Shown: positions 1-14,575 of the stretch, in pieces
Layout of the letters: every line of letters begins with the position of its first letter
Numbering within the stretch: the first letter of the stretch is position 1
NCBI RefSeq assembly: GCF_009914755.1
Contig: NC_060927.1
Direction: 5' to 3' (one strand)
From: the human T2T-CHM13v2.0 reference genome, Homo sapiens
Length of the DNA: 64,000 nt
The notes under the pieces: generated by a model
Seen by the model: the letters and a program-made list of their open reading frames with translations, nothing else
Told to the model about the DNA's origin: nothing
Database searches by the model: none
Translations under genes and position numbers: made by a program

Positions 1-716
1 CTGCACCTGTTGAGATAATCATGTTTTTTTTGTCATTGGGGCATTTAGCCAATTTACATTTAAAGTTAATATTGTTGTGTGTGAATTTGATCCTGTCATT
101 ATGATGCTAGCTGGTTATTTTGCCCATTAGTTGATGCAGTTTCTTCGTACTGTTGATGGTCTTTACAATTTCGTATGTTTTTTCAGTGGCTGGTACCGGT
201 TTTTCCTTTCCATGTTTAGTGCTTCCCTCAGGAGCTCATGTAAGGCAGGTGACATGGTGACAAAATCTCTCAGCATTTGCTTGTCTGTAAAGGATTTTAT
301 TTCTCCTTCCCTTATGAAGCTTAGTTTGGCTGGATATGAAATTCTGGGTTGAAAATTCTTTTTGTTAAGAATGTTGAATATTGGCCCCCACTCTCTTCTG
401 GCTTGTAGGGTTTCTGCAGAGAGATCCGCTGTTAGTCTTACGGCTTCCCTTTGTGGGTAACCCGACCTTTCTCTCTGGCTGCCATTACCATTTTTTTCCT
501 TCATTTCAATTTTGGTGAATCTGACAATTATGTGTCTTGAGGTTGCTCTTCTTGAGGAGTATCTTTGTGGTGTTCTCTGTATTTCCTGAATTCGAATGTT
601 GGCCTGTCTTGCTAGATGGGGGAAGTTCTCCTGGATAATATCCTGAAGAGTGTTTTCCAGCTTGGTTCCATTCTCCCCATCACTTTCAGGTACACCATTC
701 AGACGTAGATTTGGTC
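1..716 (-). mobile_element. LINE-1 (L1PA) fragment: C-terminal ORF1, inter-ORF spacer and ORF2 start; 5'-truncated, with internal ORF2 deletion; continues off window start
   Basis: ORF 163-504 (-) translates to L1 ORF1p C-terminus (RLTADLSAETLQARREWGPIFNILNKKNFQPRISYPAKLSF); ORF2 start MTGSNSH at 99 (-). Confidence 0.95.
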
Positions 717-1856
717 TACCTCAAAGTGATGGGGAGAATGGAACCCTCAAAATTTTGAATTTCAATGACCTGATATTATGTAGACACTGATTAGCAAGAC
801 AATATGTTAAATCTGTAGGTGATTATAAAAATAAGTTCCGTAGGAATTATAGGGGAGGAAAATACTTTCTTTTTAGGGTGATTTTAGAAGGATGGATAGT
901 GATAGAGAGGGAAATTGAAGTTAGAATTAAAAGATGGATAGGACTTAACATAAAGAGAAATAAATCAGATAGGAAGTGAGAAGTAAAAGAGTTGATGATA
1001 CAAATGTTTCATGTGTTCAGGAGAGGTAATATTGAGCACCCTGGTGACAGTCATGATTTTGTAGAGGAGTAATGGGAACTTACAGTGGAGAAATAGGCAG
1101 ACCTTGTGCAAGGGAGGATGGTTTGTGCCAGGCTGTAGCAGACAGAGACTTTTCAGGTCTTTGCAAGATGAAATGGGAATGCTTCTTTCCTTTATTGATG
1201 TAAATATAAAGGAATACTCCACGTGTTCATGTATTACTTAATACAAGATTTTTATGCCCCAGGAGACAGTACAAGATCATGTTTCTTTTTCTAGCATCAT
1301 TAAAACTTTAAATGTACTTGATCCTTTTCTCCTTGTAGGGAAGTGTGAAAGTACATATGCATTGTTTTTGACTGTGGCTGCTGTTTTTGGTTCACTGCTG
1401 AGAACAGTTTACTCTTATTCAAGCTGTTAAAGTGCTACATCAAAAACAGGGTTTAAATAGTGAGTAGATGATCCTGAGAATAACACTGCCCCTCACTGAG
1501 TACAAGGTTACATTTCAATCAAAGGTGTTCGCCCAGTGAAACACAATTCAAATAGACGATAGAGAAGGAACTAGTGTAAAAGTAGTATATGTGTGTTTTA
1601 ATAGAGTAATTCTGTTGATTTTCAGTGGTACTTTTACTACCATGCTGGCTTTTACACAGTTGTCTAATGTGAATTATGGGCATTATTAATAATAATCTAA
1701 TTATTATTCCAATATTTGCCTTAACACAAATGATACAACAAGATGAAAAATTTGATAGAAATCTGAGTGTGTCTATTTATTTTTGTACTTATATAAATAT
1801 ATTAAATACATATGTAGCAATTTTGGTGGACTCACCAAATTGAGCAATAATGAAGT

Positions 1857-2225
1857 TGTATTAGTCCGTTCTGACGCTGCTGTGAAGAAATACCCGAGAC
1901 TGCGTAATTTAAAAGAAAAAAGGTTTAATTGACTCACAGTTCTGCATGGCTGGGAAGGCCTCAGGAAACTTAGAATCATGGCAGAAGGGGAAGAAAACAG
2001 GTCCTTCTTCACATGTTGGCGAGAGAGGTGCCGCGCAAAGGGGGAAAAGCCGCTTATAAAAGCATCAGATCTTGTGAGAAGTCACTCACTATCACAAGAA
2101 CAGCATGGAGGTAACCGCCCCCATGATTCAATTACCTCTTACTGGGTCACTCCAATGACAGATGGGGATTATGGAAACTACAGTTGAAGATGAGATTTGG
2201 ATTGAGACACAGCCAAACCATATCA
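1857..2225 (-). mobile_element. THE1-type MaLR solo LTR
   Basis: Starts tgtattagtccgttct and ends cagccaaaccatatca, the reverse complement of THE1 LTR termini; typical internal motifs (gactcacagttc, ggcctcaggaaactt). Confidence 0.9.
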
Positions 2226-3071
2226 TAAGCTAAACTAAGCAATTTGGTGAATGCATTCTCTCATATTTAAGATGAAGGTACTTGGCGTCTCTTGGCTGTC
2301 TTTCTTCTATTTTCTAGGTTGCATCCATATTCCATTTTCATGTAAAGATACACTGGACATACAGATGTTAAAAAGCTTTTGTCATGCTGTCTATTGGAGA
2401 TAACATTTCATTTTCCATCCATATTTAAAAAATAATTTGCATCATCTTAAACATTTACAGCTTTTGAAACTCCCATGTAAGTATAGAATGGAAAATATAG
2501 TTTGTGTGATTTCTCACTTGAGGGCCCTAGTGGGGTAGAGGTATTTAGTAGAGTTTATTAAATGACTGTAGTCTTTGCTTTCTTTCCTGCCTTGTTCCCT
2601 TTAGTCTTTTTTGAATTTCTGTTACAAGCGTATCCCGATGAAGATGAGGATTACTTCTTGGTATGAACAGCCACATGAATGCTGTTTCAGAATTGATGGG
2701 GTATTGCACTTTGCACAGAATATTTATAGTGAAATTCTAGCCACGTTTGACCCTTTGCAGAGCTTCATTACTAGAATTAGAGTCCTTTGTACTTGATACA
2801 ATCAAATAGTGTGCATTTTGCAACCGTGGCAAATTGTCAATTTGTAGGCCAAATTTAGCCCATAGACCTGATTCTTCAATTCTCCACAAGGCTTTAATAT
2901 ATATATATTTTTATTTTGAATACCTGAGTGAGTGCCACAGCTTTCCTGTTTATTTCTTAAGCGGCCATATTTGTAGGCATCAGCATTTTCTGTCTGACTC
3001 TGAAGTCATTGTTGCTTGAGTCTTGTGCTGTGGCTAGAGGGTTCAGGTGGACAAGGCTGAAGGAGTGACAA

Positions 3072-3192
3072 CTGATTCTCAATCCTAGCTATGGAATTTT
3101 AATATCAGAAGGTTTGGAGGACTTCCAGGGCATCATTTTTTTCAGAAAATGCTCCCAGGTGATACTGATGTACAGGTAGAGTTGAGAACCAT
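3072..3192. mobile_element. MER5-like hAT-Charlie MITE
   Basis: tgattctcaa...gctcccaggtgatactgatg...gttgagaacca, resembling MER5 termini and core. Confidence 0.6.
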
Positions 3193-4282
3193 CATGATAG
3201 AGCTTATTCCTCTTCTGAGAAGAACAGTTTGTCTCACTGGATATATTAACTAAAGAATATATACTAGTTTGAAGCTTAGAGTATTCCAATAGTTCCCAAA
3301 GAAAGAATAACTCAAACAAAACCACAAAACCTATATTGAATGCTTACTATATATATAAATATTTACATCTTTACAAATAGATAAATCACTGCGCATCTAA
3401 TCATTTTCTTGTTCTGCAACACGTATTTTTTACTTAGCTAGTTTGTTTATTAGTAATGTATATTAATGTAAAATAATATCACACACTTCTATAATAAAGA
3501 GTTATCTGCCTTGAATCCAGATATTGGCTTTTTTGGAAGTTAGGATAGGGAAAATTATACATATGCATATGCAGCTTTGATGGTGCTATCAGAGGTGTAT
3601 TTGTCTAAAAATCTCCAATTGCATTATGTGGCGAGTCTTTGCAGTACAGCTCAGCTATTTGTTGAAGAGCCTAAATCTGCCTTAACTGTCTTACTTCATG
3701 AGTCATAATATATATTTGTTTAAACAGAATCATTCATGGTCTGATTACTATATACAATGTGCCTCAGTAGCTAGCACAGTGCTGGATGAAATCAAACGAT
3801 AAAAACCTTTTCTTAAGTGTATTAAAGATGTGACAGTAAACATAGAAGTAATAATTGAAGTTAGTTATGAGGGGAAGACAGCATCAACATTGAAGTCGTT
3901 GAGTAATTTTAGTAAATACTGGAGGGTTCAATGTATTGAAGGTCTAATAGTAGAGAATCACAGATGTGAATGAATACTCCTTATCCGTTGGACCAAATGT
4001 GAGTAATTCTTTATGCCCAAGCAGAGGTTTCCCTATTCAACTGGTGAATAATCCTTTAACTCAGAATTTTGGAATGTTTAGTCTCTTGTTTGTCATGAAC
4101 CTTATTGTATAGGCAGTTGTTCAATTGTTTAAGTATTTATACACTTCCTTGAAGTGTTTCCTTTTCTTTCTGTCTGGAATATTTCATTTAATATTTTCAG
4201 ACTGTAGTAAAGAGCAGGTAACTGAAACCTAAAAAAGTGAATAGGAGAGGACTATGATAATCAAGATCTTTTGTCCTTTTTA

Positions 4283-4900
4283 ATTTAATTTTTAATTTTG
4301 TTATAATTTTATCTTTTATTTTAGATTCACGGGGTACATGTGCATGTTTGTTACATGGGTATATTGCGTGATGCTGAGGTTTGAGATATGAATGACACTG
4401 TCACCCATGTAGTCAGCACAGTGTACAACAGTTAGCTTTTGAGCCCTTCCCCTCCTTCTACTGTTTCCCTCTATTAGTCTTCAGTATTTACTGTTGCCAT
4501 CCCTTTGTCCATGAGTGCTAATTTTTATTTAAGTTGGTGCAAAAATAATTGTGGTTTTTGCCATTAAAAGTAATGGCAAAATAGCTAATAGCTCCCACTT
4601 ATAAATGAGAGCATGGTATTTTATTTTCATTCTGCGTATACCTAGTCAGTTATCCCAGCACCATTTATTAAATAAGGAGCTCTTTCACCATTGCTTATTT
4701 TTGTCAAATTTGTTGAAGATCAAATGGCTGTAGGTTTGCGACTTTATTTCTGGGTTCTCTATTCTATTCCATTGCTCTATGTGTCTGTTTTTGTACCATT
4801 ACCATGCTGTTTTGGTTACTGTAGCCCAATAGTACTTTGAAATTAGGTAATGCAATGTCTCTGCAAATAAATATTGCTTTGTCTATTTGGGCTCTTTTTT
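4283..4900 (-). mobile_element. LINE-1 3' fragment (old L1PA/L1PB type) with internal deletion
   Basis: T-rich tail, then ggggtacatgtgcatgtttgttacatgggtatattgc (3' UTR); jumps to ORF2 sequence (cccagcaccatttattaaata) near 4640. Confidence 0.9.
4529..4581. mobile_element. MADE1 (Hsmar1-derived MITE), one end truncated
   Basis: ttaagttggtgcaaaaataattgtggtttttgccattaaaagtaatggcaaaa matches MADE1 TIR, spacer and part of the second TIR. Confidence 0.85.
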
Positions 4901-5448
4901 GTCACTGTTTTGGTCCTGTGACTATTACACGTGATGTTGTGTTGCTACATTTCAATTGAGCGGACATTAAGATGTAGGCTTTAAAAAAAGACACAGAATA
5001 CAGTCATAGTGATTCCCTGCTATATTTATTTATTTTGTCTTATGCTGTTTGAAGTATTGAAATTGAAACTAAGTGTTTATGATTTTTGAATGGGTTTCAC
5101 AGTGAATTTTGGCTCCAAAACTTGTCAGAGTACTCTATTTTCTTATTCAAGTTTGTCTCTTCATTGCCTCTTTACCACTGTGTTTTCAGTAGATTAGAGC
5201 AGGTTATTCTCAGTTGATATTGATTCCTTTTTCCTAAATTAATGCACATTACACAGCCAGTGATTGTGTAAAGGCACAGGAATTACATGATTAGCTGTGG
5301 CATCTTTATACCAACTTTTAGTTAGTTAACTGGTACCAAAAGGCCAGGGCACAGCCAGGAACTCTATTTAAATTAGCATCATGCTGCCATCTGATTATTT
5401 TTGCATGATCCCTTGCTTAGCAAAAAGCTTTACTGAAAAAGTAAAATT

Positions 5449-5786
<338 letters not shown>

Positions 5787-6851
5787 TTATTCTTGTTATT
5801 TTTGGGTAGAGAGGATGATAGATCTGTTCTATATTTCTTTTCCAGACCCTCCACTTTTTGACAAGTAATACTGAGATTTTTTTTGTTTATCTTTTTTTGT
5901 CTAAGAAACCATTCTGCTAATAATGGATAAGGAATTTAGAGAAGGACAAGACACATTGACTAGGCAAGATCAGGTGAAACCAAATTGTAATGTTATATAA
6001 ATGTCATAGGTCTTTGGTGGGTTGCAGAGGAAACACAAGGTTTGTTAGATAAGGGTTATGCCCTGTGATAGTAATAAAGACCAAGAGAACATTGCTCAGC
6101 TTCCCTTCTTCTACCTCTAAGATGTAAAAATTAAATTGTCGTCTTCTCCTGTATCTTATGAAATAAATATAGATATTCTGATATGAAGTTAGAACATCTG
6201 GCTAGCCATGTCATGGTGATTGTTACATGATGTACAAAAAAAATTATACAAATCAGATAAAAATAAATCAGTTAATATTACTGGTTAATATATTTGATTT
6301 TATTATACTGCAATATAATAAATTATTATATTATTATATTTATTGCAATATAATAAAACCAAAGCAAATACAATATATTGCTTTACAGACATATGAAGTG
6401 AAATGACCCATTTTATGAATACATGAAATGACAACATCTTTGGGGGTTAGAGTTAGATTTGGATTCTTTAGACATGATAAAATTTTTATTTTTGTTATTC
6501 GTCTCTTCAAACTGACAAAATATTTCACAAGTTAAGGAAAACACTGAAAGTGTAATGAAAACACAATGCCCAAGACTGCATAAATGCATCTCATTTTGTT
6601 TACATTTGTAGACTTTGCAAAGCTAAATTATTGGATTTCTTCATTGTTTTGACAGAGCCAGCCTGAAAAGTAATCTAATACTTCTTTTAAATTGCTTTTA
6701 AGAGTTGAAACTATTAAGACTACAGGGATAGAATAGTATCTCAGTTAACAGGATTTGCCAGGAATAAGCCATGTTTTCTTGACCTCAAGATTTGTTAAAG
6801 ATAATTTAATTTGTTACTTTTAAAGTATTTTAATAGAAGAAGGCAATATAT

Positions 6852-6855
<4 letters not shown>

Positions 6856-6898
<43 letters not shown>
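6856..6898. repeat. (TA)n microsatellite
   Basis: About 21 perfect TA units. Confidence 0.95.
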
Positions 6899-6901
<3 letters not shown>

Positions 6902-7163
6902 GTGACTCTCCCATTTATATTTCAAATAGGGCTCAACTATATTTCAAAACTGGACTTTTTGAAATAAAGAAAAGAGAAGTGGATTAAGTATGGAATAAAT
7001 CTTTCTGGGTTTTTATAAATTTGAGTTTCAACCTAAGTGTCAATACGTTGTATGTAAGCTGAAACTTCAAGTGTTTTCTAGTAACTTTTATACCTTTTAC
7101 CTAAATATTTGTCACCACCAGAGTTGGAAAAGAAGTAGATTCAGTTGGTTAATAACCAAGTCA

Positions 7164-7225
7164 GCACTCCAGCTCTGAGTGACAGAGCAAGACCCTGTCA
7201 AAAAACAAACAAAACAAAACAAAAC
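7164..7225 (+). mobile_element. Severely 5'-truncated Alu (last ~35 nt plus (CAAAA)n tail)
   Basis: gcactccagc...gacagagcaagaccctgtc plus tail; TSD accaagt(c/t)agca at 7155-7166 and 7226-7237. Confidence 0.85.
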
Positions 7226-7619
7226 ACCAAGTTAGCAGTTCAGCATCACCGTTAGAGTGCTTGTGATACGGAGATTAGACAATAGATAGATGAGTAGTTA
7301 GATGGATAGTTGAAAGGCACGTATGGATAAATATCCTTGATGTTCTCTAGAGAAGACTCAAAAAGAGATATCAGGGTCTTTTGCCAAGTTACTTGAATAT
7401 GAATTCAAGACCTAACATGACAGCTGATAGGCTCTTCCTTTAACATCCTGTTGGGGGACAATGAGATATTCCAAAAGTTTGCTCATACCAGAAGAATTGC
7501 AATAGAAATCGGAATCACTTAGATCCAGCAAAATACAGGAATGAGGCATTATCAGATGTGACATTATTGGGTAGTACTGATATGAGGAGAAGTCTATTTG
7601 AAAGAAGACAAAAGGACGC

Positions 7620-7990
7620 ATATTAGTTTGCTAGGTCTACTAGAATAAAAGCACTACAGACAGGGTAGCTTAAGTAACACAAATTTATTTTCTCACAATT
7701 GTGGAGGCTAGAAGTACAAAATCCAGGGGTCAACCAGTTTGGTTTCTTCTTAAATCTCTTTCCTTGGCTTGCAGATGGCTGCCTTCTTGCTGTGTCCTCA
7801 CATGGTCTTCCCTCTGTTTGTGTCCTAATCTCTTGTAAGAACACCAGTAACCAGTCACACACCCTAACCACTCCATTTAAAATTATTTACCTTTTAAAGG
7901 CCCTATCTCCAAATACAGTAACATTCTGAGATACTAGGGGGTAGGGCTTCAAAATACAAATTTTGAGGTAATACAAGTCAGCCCATAATA
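7620..7990 (-). mobile_element. MLT1 (A/C-type) MaLR solo LTR
   Basis: tattagtttgctagg...tggaggctagaagt...ctatctccaaatacagtaacattctgag...cagcccataa. Confidence 0.85.
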
Positions 7991-9646
7991 GGATTGGAAT
8001 AAGGAAAAAGAGGTGATAGAATGCTTACATTTTCAGGTTCACCAAATTGAGGCAAACCAAATACAGAGATCTACCAAGCAGGACAAAGGACCCAACTGAG
8101 ATCAACCTATACAGGCATTAATCTTGGTTGCCTAAATTGCAGGGCCCTCTCATTACATTCTAATGTGAAAAGCCAAATTAAATACAATAATCATTAAGTA
8201 AAAAGTAACCATGCTCTTGTTGAGCCCACTTTAGGGAAGAGTTTGAGAGAAGTTTGTGTGATAGGAAACAGAGGTCACTAATGGAGGAACTAGGTCTTCG
8301 ATAGAACGATTTTAATAGCCTATGTGATTAGGATCTGTCTGGGACCTATTACATCTTCTTTTGCTGAGGTCATTATCACTGGAAGAGAGCAAAATGTTTT
8401 TTCATTAATCCATATTGCTTCATTTGTAACTGTCTTCTGACCAGTGGTACATGCACAGAAACTCCAGGACTGGGAGAGAGCATAACTTGTAATATTGCTG
8501 AGGTGGATTCTGAAAATGGCTGGAGTCACCACCTATTGTGATAATTTGTACTATTTCATTTACTTTCCCTGCATTTTGCCACCACAAAAAGGAGTGGAGC
8601 CACCAGAAGGGCGTGAGGTAGGGTAGGTAGAGGAGGGGGAGTCAACAGATCCTTCAAAATATTAATGAGTCTTGCTGCCTTATTTTGACTTGGAAAAGAT
8701 TTTAAATAAATTATTTTAAAAACCAATTATTTGAGAAAGCTGTGAAAGCTTGGAACTACATCTGTGGCTCTCATCAAGAACCCTGTTGTGAAATAACTTC
8801 TAGAAATGGTGCTGAGGATTAATGGTGCCTTCTAGAAATGATGCTGAGGATCAATTGATTTTAAAACAAAAACACAAGAAAACAAAACTAGAACATGTTT
8901 TTAAAACAGCACCCAAGGAGGTAAACAGAACCTAAAATGCAAATGGTAAATAAGAGGAATGGAGATGACTTTAACTGTATACCATCAGCAGCTAATATCA
9001 TAGCAACAACTAATATCATAGTTCCAATTATAAGGAACACCCACCTTAGCAACCAGCAATGGCTAAGTGAAGTAAACCATGGAATCTGTCACTAAAGAGA
9101 GCATGTAAGTTGAAAACAGATAGAAGAACAACCTCTGAGTTCAGCTGTCACAAAGACCCTGCTGAGGAGTGCTGGCTACCAAGCCTGACTCTGGAAGCAT
9201 TAGATGGTGTACCTGGGCCAACAGGGCGTTATCATGCTGAGTTAGATCTTTGACATCTCTCTGTAGCATAAGTAAGCCTGGAATAAAAAGGGACTCCTTG
9301 ACATCTCTGAAAACTAGATACTACTCTTGGCTCTCTTTCACCACACTCAAGGGAGAGGGTCTAAGACAATTTTATGCATTCCTGCAGTGAATCAACGATG
9401 AAGTGGGGTTTCTTGGCAGCCATAGACACTTGGTCTCCCATTTCCTGGTGGAGGGTGTAGCCTTGGAAAGAGTCAAGATCGGGGAATCTCCCTGTTTTTT
9501 GGTTCCTAGTTTTGATATTATAGCTTACTAAAAAATTGATAATTCCAGAGAAGCCTATGTGGCATGCTGCATCCGATTTGCTTTCTTTCCCTCCTTTCCA
9601 TTACATGCCTTTTTAAAAAGAATGATCTGTCAAATATTGCATAAGT

Positions 9647-9937
<291 letters not shown>

Positions 9938-10544
9938 TGTGCGTAAGTAAGAAAAAATCATTTTGTGTCCTGTAGAAATTTATTTTTCTATAATTATGTC
10001 AGTGTGTAGAAAAATAATAAGTTGTAAATCATTAACATACCAATACAATAATATAAACCCAATTGATAATCTAAAGAATGTTGATGATTTATTTTAAAAC
10101 CAAGATTATATTGTCTTATTATTATTTACTATAGTTTTATAGTTATTTATATATGTTCTTGTGGATATTGTTGAGATACAATTTACATAGAAACAAAAAT
10201 ACAATCGGAAGATATAAAGTATACTTTAGTCTACATTTTGCGTTTTGGAGTTTGCTTTTATTAGCTTTGAAGTAGTTACTACAGGAAAGAGCAGTTTCAA
10301 AAGGAAAGCGTGGTGAAACAAGAGTTATTACTCCACTGCATCTCAGAAAACTTCCCTGCACAAAGTAAAATACTTAACAAGTTTCTGAAGTATTACCTAA
10401 TGTAGACTTATGTAGTATTTTGAATTATTTTTATTAAAACTTCTTATGAAATTAAGTCAGTACCCCTCTTATATGTGGGCAAACAGGACCATGCTGTGGG
10501 CCACATTCTTTCCAGACCCCTCTCTGGGTATTCTCCTGTGCAAC

Positions 10545-10871
10545 TGCTGTGGTCTGAATGTTCGCATTCTCCTAAAAGTCATATGTTGAAATCCTAACAC
10601 CAAAGGCGATTGTATTTGAGAGCCTTCATGAATGGGATTAGTGCTCTTGTAAAAAAGGCCTCAGAGAGACCATCCATCCTTCCACCACGTGAGGACACAG
10701 CAAGAAGGCATGTATGAACACACAAACAGGCCCTCACCAGATGCAGAATCTACATGGGCTTTGATTCTTGCTTTTCTAGCCTCTGGAACTGTGAGAAATA
10801 CATTTCTGTTGTTTATGAGCTACTCAGTTTATAGTATTTTGTTACAGCAGCAGTCCAAATGGAAAAAGACA
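10545..10871 (+). mobile_element. MLT1A-type MaLR LTR
   Basis: tgtggtctgaatgtt...catatgttgaaatcctaac...ctctggaactgtgagaaata...ttgttacagcagc. Confidence 0.85.
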
Positions 10872-11109
10872 GTACCATGTAAGAATATTCTCCCCAGAAT
10901 TATTTTGCATTAATACAGCATTCTCTGGACCAAATACTGTATTAGGGTTTAGGGCTAAGAATTGTTCCTTCACATTTTTTTGTTGCTTAGCTTTTTTAAA
11001 ATTGTGAATATTTTATATCCTCATGTATATAATACATATTCTTCAGGACTTTTGAAAATGATTAATCAGTAGCCTTGATTACTGTAAGCTCCATAGAGGA
11101 CAAAAATCA

Positions 11110-11634
<525 letters not shown>

Positions 11635-14174
11635 TTATTTTCAATTTAGATACTGCTTTAAAACTAGATAAATCCTCACTGTTTGCTGCCTACTACCCAG
11701 TTTTCATGTCAGCCTCTGTGCCACTGTCTAATTTCAACACCAATGTGAAATGTAAGAGCTCTCTACCCATGTTTGTCTCTTGCATATAATAGATGGCTGT
11801 GGCATCAATTCTTCTTCTATCACATGATTCTTACATGTTCTGCCTAGATTGATGATAAGTGACCCTTCTGGTATGGCAATTCTCTTGCCATGTTTAAAAC
11901 TCTTTTTATCCAGTGTGGTGGAGACAGTATAACCCCTGCTCAACAACTTTATTTGATACCTAAAATCAGTTATATTTGTTTGAGATACATTCTTCTTGGA
12001 AAAAATAACAGCTGAAATTTCAAAGTTGTGAACAAAATCTGACAGTATTAAGAATACGATGCTATTCAAGTCTGGATTCATAACTTCTAAGGAGTAGTAG
12101 CAAGCATAGATGGAATATTCATTTTGAGATACCTTTCTTAAAATAAGTCCCCTCTGTCTAGAATGTAAATATGTTTCACTGCCAGCTTTAAAGGGTTTGG
12201 CAGTATACTTTTTTTCTTTTTTTAACTTAGAGTTTTGGATGGACTTATGTAAGATAAAAATAGTCACTTTATCTTCCTACAAAATATGTCATAAGCATTG
12301 AAATATGAAGATTCACTTTGAGTGCATGGAACCACTGCACTTAAAAGGTGTTGGCAAAGATAACAATGTCCTTAAGTACATCATTGCTTAATACATTGTG
12401 ATAAGATTTAAAGAAACAATATTTCAACTTGTTTTGTCTTGTTTTGTTCTATTCTTTTATGAGACAAACTTATTTGTATGATATGAGATGATTTATCGTA
12501 ATAATTATGTTTTATATTGTTAAATACTCTCTATTGGGGTTCATATATATAAAAACTGAATTGAAATGGATTTTATTGTTTAACAATACAAGTCAGCTAG
12601 CACCTAGTCATGGTGGATAATCTCTAACCTGAATTCAGTTACTTCTGGTTACCAATTTGTATTAAGATACATTATATTGATTAATTAATTCACTTTCATT
12701 CAGTAAATAGTTATTTACTTGGCAATACTATGTGGTATACACCGGAATAGGAGTTTGGGAAACTTTGTAAATAAGACAAAAATCACCACCAAAGCTGTGG
12801 TCAAATCATGTGTGCATTGATAGTTCTGAGTATAGTAAGTTGTATGGTACTTCTGAATGAACCTACTCCCAAATCCTTGGCTGTGTCATCAGAAGTATAG
12901 ATAGCCCTTCCCCTCAATAACAAAACAAAACAGGACAAAAGTCTAAGTTTCATTAAAAATCCGTGATCTTATAATTTATTTATTCCCGTGGCTATCTCTC
13001 TCATACAGTGTCCTTTAAATAATTCTATCAACCAAGTACTGTTTACAGGTTTTGAAAAAAGTTTTATGTTAGTCCCCAGTTTCTTTTTTTTTTTTCTTTT
13101 CAGATCTCATCACATAAGACACTAACTGCATGCTTTTATATCTGTTTAAAAGTGATTTCAATTAGGCAGGTTAGAAGATACAGTTGCGACCATTCAGATT
13201 CTTTTATCCTTGAAGAAATCATTTGGTTTAACAATAGCTTTCCTTTTATAAGAAAGAAAAATAAAGCTTGGAAAGATCCAATATCTACTAAAAATCCTTC
13301 CATTACGAGTACAGTTGCTGAGCAACTGGAGAGAATGTGAGAAGTCCAAGTTCCAAAGTAGCAAGAAACCCAGTTTTTAGTAGTTATGGAATTATTTTCT
13401 TTATTTTCAAAGTAAAATGTATGGAAAAATTTGACTTTATGAGACTTTTAAATATATTTAGTGTTTAATAACAGGTTCGATTCAGAATGATAGTCTTCTG
13501 CCCAATGTGATTGCTCTAGTATTTACTCAATAACTCATGAAAAAAGCGGCAAGTATTTTACTTTATTCTTTCCTGGTTTTATAGGTACTAGATGAAATTA
13601 TGGCTTTACTAAATAAAATTATTGGTTATATAAATCCGAACTAATATATAATTATAATCTTCTCATATGTATCCTTTACATTCTAGGCGTATTAATGAAG
13701 GATGGGGAATGAAAGAGGACAGAAAAAAATTAAGAATAAAAGAAAAAATGTGTAATTTTTTACATCCATTGTTATTAAATTGCTGGAGGTTGATTACAGT
13801 TCTCCAGAGTTATTGGATATTTGCTAATGCAGGATATCTTTTTCTTATTTAAGTTTTGCCATCAAAGAAAAGCATTCTCTGCACAGAGCTTATTAAATGT
13901 TAGACACTACGGCTCTTCCCATGTGGAGCATACTATCTAATTTAAACTTTTTATTTTAAAAACATGTTACTTTTCATTATTTTTATTAACACAGGAATGT
14001 AATGTATATTGAGTTGCTGAGAAATAAGATACTCTGAATATCTGAGTCTTAGCACTATAAGTAAGATATTGCTGATCCTTTACTATTTTATTGTCTCCAT
14101 TTGGTCATTTATTGCTTACTAAAAAAATCATGATCTATAGAAATTCATGAAAATTTGCATCACGGAAAAGTTAA

Positions 14175-14575
<401 letters not shown>

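Noticed and set aside
6295-6360. AT-rich imperfect palindrome
   Set aside because: Expected by chance in sequence this AT-rich
11734-12267. 177-aa minus-strand ORF in unique DNA
   Set aside because: Non-ATG start, no recognisable domain and AT-biased composition; likely a chance ORF
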